Positions 12,987 to 24,935 of a DNA stretch of 64,000 nucleotides are shown here, in pieces (positions within the stretch are counted from its first letter, which is position 1; each line of letters begins with the position of its first letter). The stretch comes from Scyliorhinus canicula (taxonomy: Eukaryota): assembly GCF_902713615.1 (NCBI RefSeq), contig NC_052149.1:233156069-233220068 (forward strand), written 5' to 3'. The position numbers and the translations under genes are program-made. The notes under the pieces were generated by a model. It searched no databases, had not been told where the DNA came from, and saw only the letters and a program-made list of their open reading frames with translations.

Positions 12987-14138
12987 CTGATTGAACCAAA
13001 AACACCCAACAGTAAATCCATAGTTTTACAGAATCATTGAATGATAATAGTACAGACGACCAGTTGATTTACTCTCCTTATGCCAGCTCTTTGATCTATC
13101 CAACTGGTACCCTGCTTTCTCGATCGAAGCCCTGAAAATGTTCACCTTACAAGTGAAAGCTGCTGTTGAGTCTACTTCTGCCACTAAAGGCAATGGATTC
13201 CAGATCATTGCTTGCTGCATCAATGTTTTCATGTTGCCTCTGGTTCTTTAGCCAATTACCTGAAATCTGTGTTGAACATTCCTTTAACTTGTTTTTGTCA
13301 GGCTTTAAAATACCAAAAACGAGCACTGTGCTCGAAAGTAGAGTGTTATCCTTTGACTGCATTACAAAGAAATAATTTATACGGCACCTTTCATAATCTC
13401 GGGACACCCCAAAGTGCTTCACAGCGAACTAAGGCTTTTGAACTGTTCTAACTCCTAAAACCTGGCAGCCAATTTGCACACAGCAAGATAAGATCATAAG
13501 ACACAGCAGCAGAAATAAGCCATTCGGCCCATTGAGTCTGCCCCACCATAATGAGATCATATCTGATCTGATGCTACAATCTTCATTAGTGTCACAAGTA
13601 GGCTCACATTAACACTGCAATAAAGTTACTGTAAATATCCCCTAGTCGCCACATTCCGACATCTGTTCGCGTACACGGAGGGAGAACTGAGAATGTCCAA
13701 TTCACCTTTCAGCCGTCTTTCAGGACTTGTGGGAGGAAACCCACGTAGACACAGGGAGAACGTGCAGACTCCGCACAGGTAGTGACCCAAGCTGGAAATC
13801 GAACCCGGTTCCCTGGCGTTGTGAAGCAACAGTGCTAACCACTATGCTACCGGTATTCCCCATAACCCTTGATTCCCTTATTGATTAATAATCTGATTAA
13901 TTAATATATCTTTCCTTCGAGAAGGGGTCAAAAGCTTCACCGTATTCCAGGTGTGGTCTACCTAGTGCCTCGTATAGTTTTTGCAAAATTTCCCTATTTT
14001 TATATTCCAGTCCCTTTGAAATAAAGGCCAACATTCCACTTGCCTTCCCAATTAGCTGAACTTGCATGCTAGCCTTTTGTGATTTATCTCACAGCGATGA
14101 GATACCTAATCTGGTCAACTATTCTAGGTCCTGGTTGA

Positions 14139-14460
14139 GGCAGCACGGTAGCATGGTGGTTAGCATAAATGCTTCACAGCTCCAGGGTCCCAGGTTCGGT
14201 TCCCGGCTGGGTCACTGTCTGTGCGGAGTCTGCACATCCTCCCCGTGTGTGCGTGGGTTTCCTCCCACAGTCCAAAGATGTGCGGGTTAGGTGGATTGGC
14301 CATGCTAAATTGCCCGTAGTGTCCTAAAAAGTAAGGTTAAGGGGGCGGGGGGGGTTGTTGGGTTACGGGTATAGGGTGGATACGTAGGTTTGAGTAGGGT
14401 GATCATTGCTCGGCACAACATAGAGGGCCGATGGGCCTGTTCTGTGCTATACTGTTCTAT
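14139..14460 (+). mobile_element. HE1/V-SINE-like SINE with CR1-like 3' tail
   Basis: A/B boxes, V-domain-like core, and tail cggcacaacat.gagggccga.gggcctgttctgtgct shared with CR1 3' ends in this window. Confidence 0.75.
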
Positions 14461-14464
14461 TGCC

Positions 14465-14710
14465 CACAACACTGGCTAAAACTCCTTTCCGCTTTGAATT
14501 GTGCCATAGGATCTTTTACATCTACCCGAGGGAACAGACAGAGCCTCAGTTTGATCTCTCGTCTGTAAGACAGTGACTCAGACAGTGCAGCATTCCCTCA
14601 GCACTGCTCTGAGGTGTTAGCCTCAACTATGTGCTCCGACGCATAGGCTTGAACCCACAACCTAACTCAAGTAGAGAGCGCGCTACTAACTGAGCCACTG
14701 CTGACACCTA
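14465..14710 (-). mobile_element. DeuSINE-like SINE
   Basis: Contains gacagtgcagcattccctcagcactg (14581-14606), 24/26 identical to the 33-bp minisatellite unit. Confidence 0.6.
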
Positions 14711-15619
14711 CAAATCTTACTGCATGGCTACGCTCTGCCCAATCTTGTCCACCCATTTCTTGTAAGAAAGGGCAGCAAAACCACAAGGAAATAGGAATGG
14801 TTACTGAATGAGTAGGAGGTCTTCTGGCACCGTGGGTAGCGTATCTGCCTCAGAGCCAGAAGCTCCAGGTTTGAGTCCCATTCCAGGATTTGGTGGCCAA
14901 GGAATGTACGTTCATAACACAGCCAGCAGGTTGAGCATCAACTGTGAAATCCTTCCAACGTGCCAATGGCAGGCAGTAAGAGTGGGATAGACTCCTGGTC
15001 AGCTGTGCTTGATGTGAGGTGGCACCCCTCAAGCTATAAGCCTCTGGAGAAGGTCTAGTGACCTGTTACAGGTAAAAAAAAAAAACTCGCTATTGGAACA
15101 GATGGATTTGGTGTGGGAAGATAAACAGCAAATTGAATGAGTACTGCCCATTGAATGAGAGAGAATGTGGTAAAAGGCACGTGATAATCAGAAACTAGTT
15201 ATAGTAAATTCATGACCTCATGTTCTGTGCACCAGAACCTCGTGATTGTATCCATCAGACCAAACTAGAACTGATCGTCTTGGTTGAAACTTGAGGCTAC
15301 ACTGTAGAGATATGCTAACTGAAGGCTCCATCTGCCTGGTCCGCTGGACATAAGTACATATCCCAAGAAAGGAGATGAAGTGATGTCATTGTTGTTTGCT
15401 TGGCATTACTGATATAGAATGGCTGCTCTGTTTACCCATGCAACAACTATTCCACTTCAAAAAAAAAACTTCACATGTGAAACAATAAGCAATTTTCATT
15501 TCATTTCAAGTGTGGCGACTCGGGGCTTTTCACAGTAACTTCATTGAGTGTTAATGTAAGCCTACTTGTGACAATCAGTACACTGAAGGGGCTTGATGAC
15601 GTGGACAATGACCACATTG

Positions 15620-16040
15620 CATTGTCTTATGAAGAAAGGTTGAGGGAGCTAGGGCTTTTCTTACTGGAGTGAAGAAGGCAGACAGGTGACTTGATAGAGG
15701 TGTACAAGGTGACGAGAGGCATGGATAGAGTGGATAGCCAGAGACTTTTCCCCAGGGTGGAAATGGCTGTCACGAGGGGACATAATTTTAAGGTGATTGG
15801 AGGAAGGTATAAGGGAGATGTCAGAGGCAGGTTCTTCACACCGAGAGTGGTGGGTGTGTGGAATGCACTGCCAGCAGAGGTGGTGGAGTCAGAGTCATTC
15901 GGGACATTTAAGCGACTGTTAGACAGACACATGGATAGCAGTAAATTGAAGGGGTGTAGGTTAGGTTGATCTTAGATTAGGATAAATGGTCGGCACAACA
16001 TCGTGGGCTGAAGGGCCAGTACTGTGCTGTACTGTTCTAT
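15620..16040 (+). mobile_element. CR1 LINE 3' fragment
   Basis: ORF 15691-15969 IEVYK...TRGH..K...RFFTPRVVGVWNALP, followed by the CR1 3' tail. Confidence 0.85.
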
Positions 16041-16437
16041 GAAACACAAGATTATTGACAAACATAGTGAGGCTCTTTCTTTAAAAGCATGTTATTGATA
16101 GCCATTAAGATTCTTTCAACGCTTATACGGAGATCAAGACGCTACAAACGGGTTTGAGTAGGGTGATCATTGCTCGGCACAACATCGAGGGCTGAAGGGC
16201 CTGTTCTGTGCTGTACTGTTCTATGTTCTATTTATACAGCAACATATCACATCCTCAAGGCAAAGTGCATAAGAGGAGATGGACATTTGGCCAATTGCGC
16301 GCCAGTCTTTAAAAGTGATTTATTTAGTCTTACTTCAGTGTTCTTTCCCTACAGCCCTGCCAATTCTTTCCTTTACAAGTTTCCCTCTGAAAGTTTTGAT
16401 TGATCACTGTCCTTTCAGGCAGTGCACCCCAGATCAC

Positions 16438-16645
16438 AAAAGCAAAAATACTGCTGATGCTGGAAATTAGAAATAAAACGTGAAAATTCGGGGAAAAGCC
16501 AGATCAGGCAGAATCTGTGGAGAGAGAGACAGAGTCCCATTTCACTCTGGCTCGGAGAGTTCCGATGAAGAGTCATATTGGATTTGAAACGTTAACCTCA
16601 TTTTTCTCCTGACCTGCTGAATTTTTCAGCACTTTGTTTTATTGC
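16438..16645. mobile_element. PLE-derived palindromic short element with a degenerate hammerhead core
   Basis: Inverted arms (aaatactgctgatgctggaa... / ...tcagcactttgttttta). Centre GTT-CCGATGA-A-GAGTC-atattg-GATTT-GAAA-CG-TT-AAC at 16559-16596 (core U4 changed to C). Confidence 0.6.
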
Positions 16646-16974
16646 AGCATTGCACATCCTATCTGCCATTGCAACAGTCACTTTAAAAACAGCAAGATCC
16701 CATAAACAGAGCACACAAGACCGATGACCAGTTTCTGTTTTCGGTGTTATTTGAAGGATAACCAGGGCACCAGAGCTGCTCCCTTTCCATGAAATAATGC
16801 CTCGGGATCTTATACGTCCATCTCAATGTCCCATCCATAAGACATCTCTGACAAAGCATCGTACCCTTGGTGTTGCACTAAGGCTGTGAATAGCTGCTTT
16901 CCACTTGGGCTCTCTCAGCTGTTGCAGTCCACATTCGCACAAATGTGCAATGCTGGGATATTTGAACTCACCAA

Positions 16975-18430
16975 GCACACAAGAAAGGATATTATTAAAC
17001 TAGAAAGAGTGCAGAAAATAGTTACTCGGAGGCTACTGGGACTTGATGGTTTGACTTATAAGGAGAGACTGGATAGGGTGGGACTTTTTTCCCAGGAGCA
17101 TAGGAGGTCTATAAAATAATGAGGGGCATAGATCCGTGCTCGGACCACTGTTGTTTGTGATATACATAAATTATCTGGACGAAGGTATAAGTGGTCTGAT
17201 GAGCAAGTTTGCAGATGATACTAAGATTGGTGGAGCTGCAGATAGCGAGGCGGACTGTCAGAGAATACAGCAAAATATAGATAGATTTGAGAGTTGGGCA
17301 GAGAAATGGCAGATGGAGTTCAATCCCGGCAAATGCGAGGTGATGCATTTTGGAAGATCTAACTCAAGAGCAGACTATATGGTCAATAGAAGAGTCCTGG
17401 GGAAAATTGATGTACAGAGAGATCTGGGCGTTCAGGTCCATTGTACCCTGAAGGTGGCAACGCAGGTTGATAGAGTGGTCAAGAAGGCATACAGCATGCT
17501 TGCCTTCATCGGACGGGGTATTGAGTACAAGAGTTGGCAGGTCATGTTACAGTTGTATAGGACTTTGGTTCGGCCACATTTGGAATACTGCGTGCAGTTC
17601 TGGTCGCCACATTACCAGAAGGATGTGGATGCTTTGGAGAGGGTGCAGAGGAGGTTCACCGGGATGTTGCCTGGTATGGAGGGTGCTAGCTATGAAGAAA
17701 GGTTGAGTAGATTAGGATTGTTTTCATTGGAAAGACCGAGGTTAAAGGGAGACCTGATTGAGGTCTACAAAATTATGAAAGGTATGGACAGGGTGGAGAG
17801 CAACAAGCTTTTTCCAAGAGTGGGGCTGTCAATTACAAGGGGTCACGATTTCAAGGTGAGGGGGAAAGTTTAAGGGAGATGTGCGTGGAAAGTTTTTAAC
17901 GCAGAGGGTGGTGGGTGCCTGGAATGATTTACCAGCTGAGGTGGTAGAGGCGGGTACGATAGCATCATTTAAGATGCATCTGGGCAGATATATGAACGGG
18001 TGGGGAACAGAGAGAAGTAGACCGTGGAAAATAGGCAACAGGTTTAGATAAAGGATCTGGATCGGCGCAGGCTGGGAGGGCCGAAGGGCCTGTTCCTGTG
18101 CTGTAATTTTCTTTGTTCTAGATAAGGGAGTCAACATATTTTCCCAAATATAGGGGAGTTTAAAACTAGAGGGCATAGGTTTAAGGTAAGAGGGGAGAGA
18201 AACAAAAGGGTCCAGAGGGGCAACTGTTTCACACAGTGGGTGGTGAGTGTCTAGAACGACCTGTCAGGGGCAGCAGTAGAGGTGGGTACAATTTTGTCTT
18301 TTAAAAAGCATTTAGACAGTTAAATGAGAAAGCTGGGTTATGGGCCAAATGCGGGCAATTGGGACAAGCACTGGGTGGCATGGACAACTTGGGCCGAAGG
18401 GGCTGTTTTCACACTGTAAACCTCTATGAC
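16975..18430 (+). mobile_element. Nested CR1 LINEs: younger copy ~17134-18118 inside an older CR1 3' fragment
   Basis: ORF 17136-17873 has LGPLLFVIYIN, FADDTK and LVRPHLEYCVQFWSP. The older element is interrupted at tagat (17129-17133) and resumes at tagat (18119-18123). Confidence 0.85.
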
Positions 18431-19066
18431 CCCTCTACTCCTTCACTCAACACCTCCCCAAAACCACACTACACCTTCTCAATCTCTTGCCAATGTCGGT
18501 TTTTATACCCCCCACAAACTCCTAACTCTCCGCCATAAAGTCACACTTGCATTTATATAGCACCTGTCATGACCACCAAACGTTCCCAAGCACCAAAGTG
18601 GGACTTTTGAAGTGATGTCACTGTTGTGATGTAGCAAATGCAGCAGTCAATTTACACTCAGCAAACTCCCATCAAAAACAATGTGACAATGACAAGGTCA
18701 GTTTGTGTGGCGCTGTCTGAAGGATGAAATATTAGTCGGGACACAGACTCTTGCTGGTCTTTGAAATTATGCCATGGGATTTTTTAAAAACTAATTTACG
18801 GGATGTGTGGGCCGTTGGCTAGACCAGCATTTGCTGCCCATCCCTAATTGCCCTCGGGAAGATGGCAGTGAGCTGTCTTCTTGAACTGCTGCAGTCTCTG
18901 AGCTGTAGGTACACCCAGTGTGCTGTTAGGGAGAGAATTCTAGGATCTTGCCCCAGCGACTGTGAAAGGACGGCGATATATTTTCAAATCTGGATGGTGA
19001 GTGACTTGGAGGGGAAACTCCAGGTGGTGGGGTTCCCAGGTATCTGCTGCCCTTGTCCTTCTAGAT

Positions 19067-19612
19067 CAGTGGTTCTCAACCCTGGGGGTCCATGTAACAT
19101 TACTGGGGGTCCACACAAAAAAAATACCGAATTGGGGGTCCACGGTGATATTTTAGTGGTCCATAGAGCAATTCTACTTCAGAACAATTGTTATTACTGA
19201 GAATCAAGTAGAAGAAAAAAATGTTTGTTTTCATGATGAATATTCACCTTTCTCTCTCTCTCGCACTGACAAAGGTCAAAGAGAGATTATAATCTATTTA
19301 ATTTACCTTGAGGGCTGAAGGGGCTCAGAACCAAAAAGGTGCATTTGCTGTGTTTATTTTTGTGGTACTGAATTCTGAGAAAAAAAAATCCATACCGGTT
19401 GATGACAAATGGGTTTTTTGTGCTTTAATGACAGTTGTTGTTGAAGATTGCCCGGGCTATTGTCCCCCAGGAACAGCCCGGAGGACCTTTAATGACATAA
19501 GCAGCATATTAAATACCCACGGTATTTTTTTCTGTGGAATGGCTATGGGGGTCCACAAAAAAAAATTAAGAGGAAAAGGGGTCCATGGGTTAAAAAAGGT
19601 TGAGAACTCCTG
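19067..19612. mobile_element. Non-autonomous hAT (Charlie-type) DNA transposon/MITE, 546 bp
   Basis: TIRs cagtggttctcaacc / ggttgagaactcctg (13/15). Perfect 8-bp TSD ttctagat (19059-19066, 19613-19620). Subterminal ggggtcca repeats at both ends. Confidence 0.9.
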
Positions 19613-20239
19613 TTCTAGATGGTAGTGGTCGAGGGTTTGGAAGGTGCTTGGCAAGTTCCTGCAGTGAATCTTGTCGATGGTACACACGGGTGCCACTGTT
19701 CATCGGTGGTGGAGGGTTTGAATGTTTGTGGAAGGGGGAGCAATCAAGCAGGGCTGCTTTGTCTTGGATGGTGTTGACCTTCTGGAGTGTTATTGGAGCT
19801 GCACTCATCCAGGCAAGTGAGGAATATTCCATTACACTCTTGACTTGTGGCTTGTAGATGATGGACAGGCTCTGAGGAGTCAGGAGGAGAGTTACTCTCC
19901 ACAGGTTTTCTAGCCTTTGACCTGCTCTGGTAACTACAGTATTATACAGCTGGGCCAGTTCAGTTTCTGATCAATGGTAAACCCCCCCCCCCCCCCAAGG
20001 ATACTGATAGTGGGGATGCAGCGATGATAATGCCATTCAATGCCATGGGCCGATAGTCTCTTGCTGGAGATGTCCATTGCCTGGCACTTGTGTGGCGCAA
20101 ATGTAACTTGCCATTTGTCAGTCCAAGCATGGATACTGTCCATGGACAATATGTGGACATGGACTGCTTCTGTATCGGAGGAGTTGTGAATGGTGCTTAG
20201 CATTGTGCAGTCATCCACAAACATGCCCACTTCTAACCT

Positions 20240-21335
20240 TCCCTCAGTACTGACCCTCTGACAGTGCGGCACTCCCTCAGTACTGACCCTCTGACAGTGC
20301 AGCACTCCCTCAGTACTGACCCTCTGACAGTGCAGCACTCCCTCAGTACTGACCCTCTGACAGTGCAGCACTCCCTCAGTACTGCCCCTCTGACAGTGCA
20401 GCACTCCCTCAGTACTGACCCACTGACAGTGCAGCACTCCCTCAGTACTGACCCTCTGACAGTGCAGTGCTCCCTTAGTACTGACCCTCTGACAGTGCTG
20501 CACTCCCTCAGTACTGACCCTCTGACAGTGCAGCACTCCCTCAGTACTGACCCTCTGACAGTGCAGCACTCCCTGAGTACTGTCCCTCTGACAGTGCGGC
20601 ACTCCCTGAGTACTGTCCCTCTGACAGTGCAGCACTCCCTCAGTACTGACCCTCTGACAGTGCAGCACTCCCTCAGTACTGACCCTCTGACAGTGCAGCA
20701 CTCTCTCAGTACTGACCCTCTGACAGTGCAGCACTCCCTCAGTACTGACCCTCTGACAGTGCAGCACTCCCTCAGTACTGACCCTCTGATAGTGCAGCAC
20801 TCCCTCAGTACTGACCCTCTGACAGTGCAGCACTCCCTCAGTACTGACCCTCTGACAGTGCTGCACTCCCTCAGTACTGACCCTCTGACAGTGCAGCACT
20901 CCCTCAGTACTGACCCTCTGACAGTGCAGCACTCCCTGAGTACTGTCCCTCTGACAGTGCAGCACTCCCTCAGTACTGACCCTCTGACAGTGCAGCACTC
21001 CCTCAGTACTGACCCTCTGACAGTGCAGCACTCCCTCAGTACTGACCCTCTGACAGTGCGGCACTCCTTCAGTACTGACCCTCTGACAGTGCAGCACTCC
21101 CTCAGTACTGACCCTCTGACAGTGCAGCATTCCCTCAGTACTGACCCTCTGACAGTGCAGCACTCCCTCAGTACTGACCCTCTGACAGTGCAGCACTCCC
21201 TCAGTACTGACCCTCTGACAGTGCAGCATTCCCTCAGTACTGACCCTCTGACAGTGCGGCATTCCCTCAGTACTGACCCTCTGACAGTGCAGCACTCCCT
21301 CAGCACTGACCCTCTGACAGTGCCTCCCTCAGTGG
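20240..21335 (-). repeat. 33-bp minisatellite, ~33 copies, in NDUFA2 intron 1
   Basis: Unit cagtactgaccctctgacagtgcagcactccct, seen as 11-aa periodic spurious ORFs in several frames. Confidence 0.97.
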
Positions 21336-21459
21336 GGAGAGCCGCGCACTTGGTCACGGGCTGGGCCTCCTACACCCTCCCGGTGCCCTTCATCCCCGGT
21401 GTCGCCTGCCGCTCACTCCCGGGCTCAGTCCTCCCCGCGGACGCCGGGCTGGCACTGAC

Positions 21460-21575
21460 CTGGTGCCCTGGCTGGCCGCCGAGCTCTGGCACAGGTGGAT
21501 GCGGACCTCCCGCAGGTTCTGACTGAGTTTGGAGCCGATGCCTCTCACCACCGCGCCTGCCGCCGCAGCCGCCAT
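21460..21575 (-). CDS. NDUFA2: NDUFA2 exon 1
   Basis: MAAAAAGAVVRGIGSKLSQNLREVRIHLCQSSAASQGT(R), donor AG|gtcagt. The LRE.RIHLCQ motif is characteristic of NDUFA2. Confidence 0.96.
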
Positions 21576-21995
21576 CTTCCTGCCCTCCGCCTGGCCCGCC
21601 CTCCAACTCCAGCCCCACCAATCAGATCCAGTCCCCGTCTGATTGACACCGCTCCTCCCAATCAGCGGTGTGTGGACCCGAAGCCCCGCCTGAATGATAG
21701 CTGCGCTTGACCAATCCGACGCTTGTATCTATGAGGGGCGGGCCCAGCATGCTGATTGACGGTAGTATTAGCCAATGGTAATGGGGATCTGGCTGTGGCC
21801 ATCACCAATCGGGGCAGGCGTCTAATGATTGATGTAGGGCTGTACCAATCGCCAGAAAGGGAGGTGGGACTTGCCGCCGGGGATTGTGGGATTGGCCCGG
21901 AGTTGGGAGGAGTCGCCCAGGTTGCTGCTTTTTGTTGTCGGGGCGATTCAATCGTCTTTTTTTTTGTGAGTGAGTGGAGCAGCCACCTGTTCAAG
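21576..21995. promoter_or_regulatory. Bidirectional CpG-island promoter of NDUFA2 and IK
   Basis: 420 bp between divergent ATGs. CCAAT at 21618, 21658, 21711, 21772, 21805, 21845 and ATTGG at 21891. GC box at 21735-21742. Three TGATTGA(C/T) motifs. YY1-type gccgccatctt over the NDUFA2 ATG. No TATA box seen. Confidence 0.85.
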
Positions 21996-22011
21996 ATGCC
22001 GGAGAGAGACA
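21996..22011 (+). CDS. IK: IK (RED, spliceosomal B-complex protein) exon 1
   Basis: ATG CCG GAG AGA GAC A|gtaagt = MPERD(S), the IK N-terminus. Confidence 0.92.
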
Positions 22012-22213
22012 GTAAGTGACCGCCGGGCTGGGGCCGAATGCGGCTTCGCGCTGGGGTGAGGGGGGTTACTGCAGCCCGAGGCCTGGGCCTGTGGTGTGGA
22101 GAGCAGCCCGGGCCCTGTCCTGGTTCGCCAGCCCCGGGATCAGCGGCCGCCGCTCCGATCCATCTAATCCTCTCTGCTTCCTGCTCAGGACATAGCCCTC
22201 TTCCCCTTAGACA

Positions 22214-23245
22214 CCACTGAGGGTCACTGTCAGAGGGTCAGTACTGAGGGATGCCGCAATGTCAGAGGGTCAGTACTGAGGGAGTGCCGCACTGTCAGAG
22301 GGTCAGTACTGAGGGAGTGCCTCACTGTCAGAGGGTCAGTACTGAGGGAGTGCCGCACTGTCAGAGAGCCAGTACTGAGGGAGTGCCTCACTGTCAGAGG
22401 GTCAGTACTGAGGGAGTGCCGCACTGTCAGAGAGCCAGTACTGAGGGAGTGCTGCACTGTCAGAGGGTCAGTACTGAGGGAGTGCTGCACTGTCAGAGGG
22501 TCAGTACTGAGGGAGTGCTGCACTGTCAGAGGGTCAGTACTGAGGGAGTGCTGCACTGTCAGAGGGTCAGTACTGAGGGAGTGCTGCACTGTCAGAGGGT
22601 CAGTACTGAGGGGGTGCTGCACTGTCGGAGGGTCAGTACTGAGGGAGTGCTGCACTGTCGGAGGGTCAGTACTGAGGGAGTGCTGCACTGTCGGAGGGTC
22701 AGTACTGAGGGAGTGCTGCACTGTCAGAGGGTCAGTACTGAGGGAGTGCTGCACTGTCAGAGGGTCAGTACTGAGGGAGTGCTGCACTGTCAGAGGGTCA
22801 GTACTGAGGGGGTGCTGCACTGTCGGAGGGTCAGTACTGAGGGAGTGCTGCACTGTCGGAGGGTCAGTACTGAGGGAGTGCTGCACTGTCAGAGGGTCAG
22901 TACTGAGGGAGTGCTGCACTGTCAGAGGGTCAGTACTGAGGGAGTGCTGCACTGTCAGAGGGTCAGTACTGAGGGAGTGCTGCACTGTCAGAGGGTCAGT
23001 ACTGAGGGAGTGCTGCACTGTCGGTGGGTCAGTACTGAGGGAGTGCTGCACTGTCGGTGGGTCAGTACTGAGGGAGTGCCGCACTGTCAGAGGGTCAGTA
23101 CTGAGGGAGTGCTGCACTGTCAGAGGGTCAGTATTGGGGGAGTGCTGCACTGTCAGAGGGTCAGTACTGAGGGTTGCACTGTCAGAGGGTCAGTACTGAG
23201 GGTTGCACTGTCAGTACTGAGGGAGCGCTGCACTGTCAGAGGGTC
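22214..23245 (+). repeat. 33-bp minisatellite, ~31 copies, IK intron 1 (inverted relative to the 20240-21335 array)
   Basis: Unit cactgtcagagggtcagtactgagggagtgctg. Confidence 0.97.
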
Positions 23246-24935
23246 ATAGAACATAGAACGATACAGCGCAGTACAGGCCCTTCGGCCCACGATGTTGCAA
23301 CGACATGGGAAGTCAAAAGCTAAAGTCCATCTAACCTACACTATGCCATTATCATCCATATGCTTATCCAATAAACTTTTAAATGCCCTCAATGTTGGCG
23401 AGTTCACTACTGTTGCAGGTAGGGCATTCCACGGCCTCACCTCTCTTTGCGTAAAAACCTACCTCTGACGTCTGTCCTATATCTATTACCCCTCAATTTA
23501 AGGCTATGTCCCCTCGTGCTAGCCACCTCCATCCGCGGGAGAAGGCTCTCACTGTCTACCCTATCTAACCCTCTGATCATCTTGTATGCCTCTATTAAGT
23601 CACCTCTTAACCTTCTTCTCTCTAACGAAAACAACCTCAAGTCCATCAGCCTTTCCTCATAAGATTTTCCCTCCATACCAGGCAACATCCTGGTAAATCT
23701 CGTCTGCACCCGTTCCAAAGCTTCCACGTCCTTCCTATAATGAGGCGACCAGAACTGTACGCAATACTCCAAATGCGTCCGTACCAGAGTTTTGTACAGC
23801 TGCAACATGACCTCATGGCTCCGGAACTCAATCCCTCTACCAATAAAGGCCAACACACCATAGGCCTTCACAACCCTATCAACCTGGGTGGCAACTTTCA
23901 GGGATCTATGTACATGGACACCGAGATCCCTCTGTTCATCCACACTGCTAAGAATTTTACCATTAGCCAAATATTCCGCATTTCTGTTATTCTTTCCAAA
24001 GTGAATCACCTCACACTTCTCTACATTAAACTCCATTTGCCACCTCTCAGCCCAGCTCTGCAGCTTATCGATGTCCCTCTGTAACCTGCAACATCCTTCC
24101 ACACTGTCTACAACTCCACCGACTTTAGTGTTGTCTGCAAATTTACTCACCCAACCTTCTGTGCCCTCCTCTAGGTCATTTATAAAAATGACAAACAGCA
24201 ACGGCCCCAGAATAGATCCTTGTGGTACGCCACTCGTAACTGAACTCCATTCTGAACATTTCCCATCAACTACCACTCTCTGTCTTCTTTCAACTAGCCA
24301 ATTTCTGATCCACATCTCTAAATCACCCTCAATCCCCAGCCTCCGTATTTTCTGCAATAGACGACCGTGTGGAACCTTATCAAACGCTTTACTGAAATCC
24401 ATATACACCACATCAACTGCTCTACCCTCGTCTACCTGTTCAGTCACCTTCTCAAAGAACTCGATAAGGTTTGTGAGGCATGACCTACCCTTCACAAAAC
24501 CATGCTGACTATCCCTAATCATATTATTCCTATCTAGATGATTATAAATCGTATCTCTTATAATCCTCTCCAAGACTTTGCCCACAACAGACGTGAGGCT
24601 CACCGGCCTATAGTTACCGGGGTTATCTCTACTCCCCTTCTTGAACAAAGGGACCACATTTGCTATCCTCCAGTCCTCTGGCACTATTCCTGTAGCCAAT
24701 GATGACATAAAAATCAAAGCCATCCGTGGGAGAAGGCTCTCACTGTCCACCCTATCTAACCCTCTGATCATCTTGTATGCCTCTATTAAGTCACCTCTTA
24801 ACCTTCTTCTCTCTAACGAAAACAACCTCAAGTCCATCAGCCTTTCCTCATAAGATTTTCCCTCCATACCAGGCAACATCCTGGTAAATCTCGTCTGCAC
24901 CCGTTCCAAAGCTTCCACGTCCTTCCTATAATGAG
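23246..24935 (-). mobile_element. 5'-truncated CR1 LINE inserted in the minisatellite, with an internal 215-bp duplication
   Basis: ORF 23437-24918 has NYRPVSLTS, QHGF, DFSKAFD, GVPQGS and FADNTK; (catagaa)n tail at 23245. 24721-24935 duplicates 23530-23744. Confidence 0.92.

Noticed and set aside
12704-13021. 105-aa single-exon NDUFA2-like ORF or retrocopy
   Set aside because: Only 12880-12986 is homologous and it is bounded by canonical splice sites; the rest is intron read-through.
16559-16596. Active hammerhead in NDUFA2 intron 1
   Set aside because: Core U4 is changed to C, stem II is weakened by G-U pairs, and the motif is antisense to NDUFA2. Kept only as a decayed family member.
19934-23249. 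Long ORFs of 306-453 aa with 11-aa Cys/His repeats
   Set aside because: They arise from a stop-free 33-bp unit that is open in several frames on both strands inside introns.
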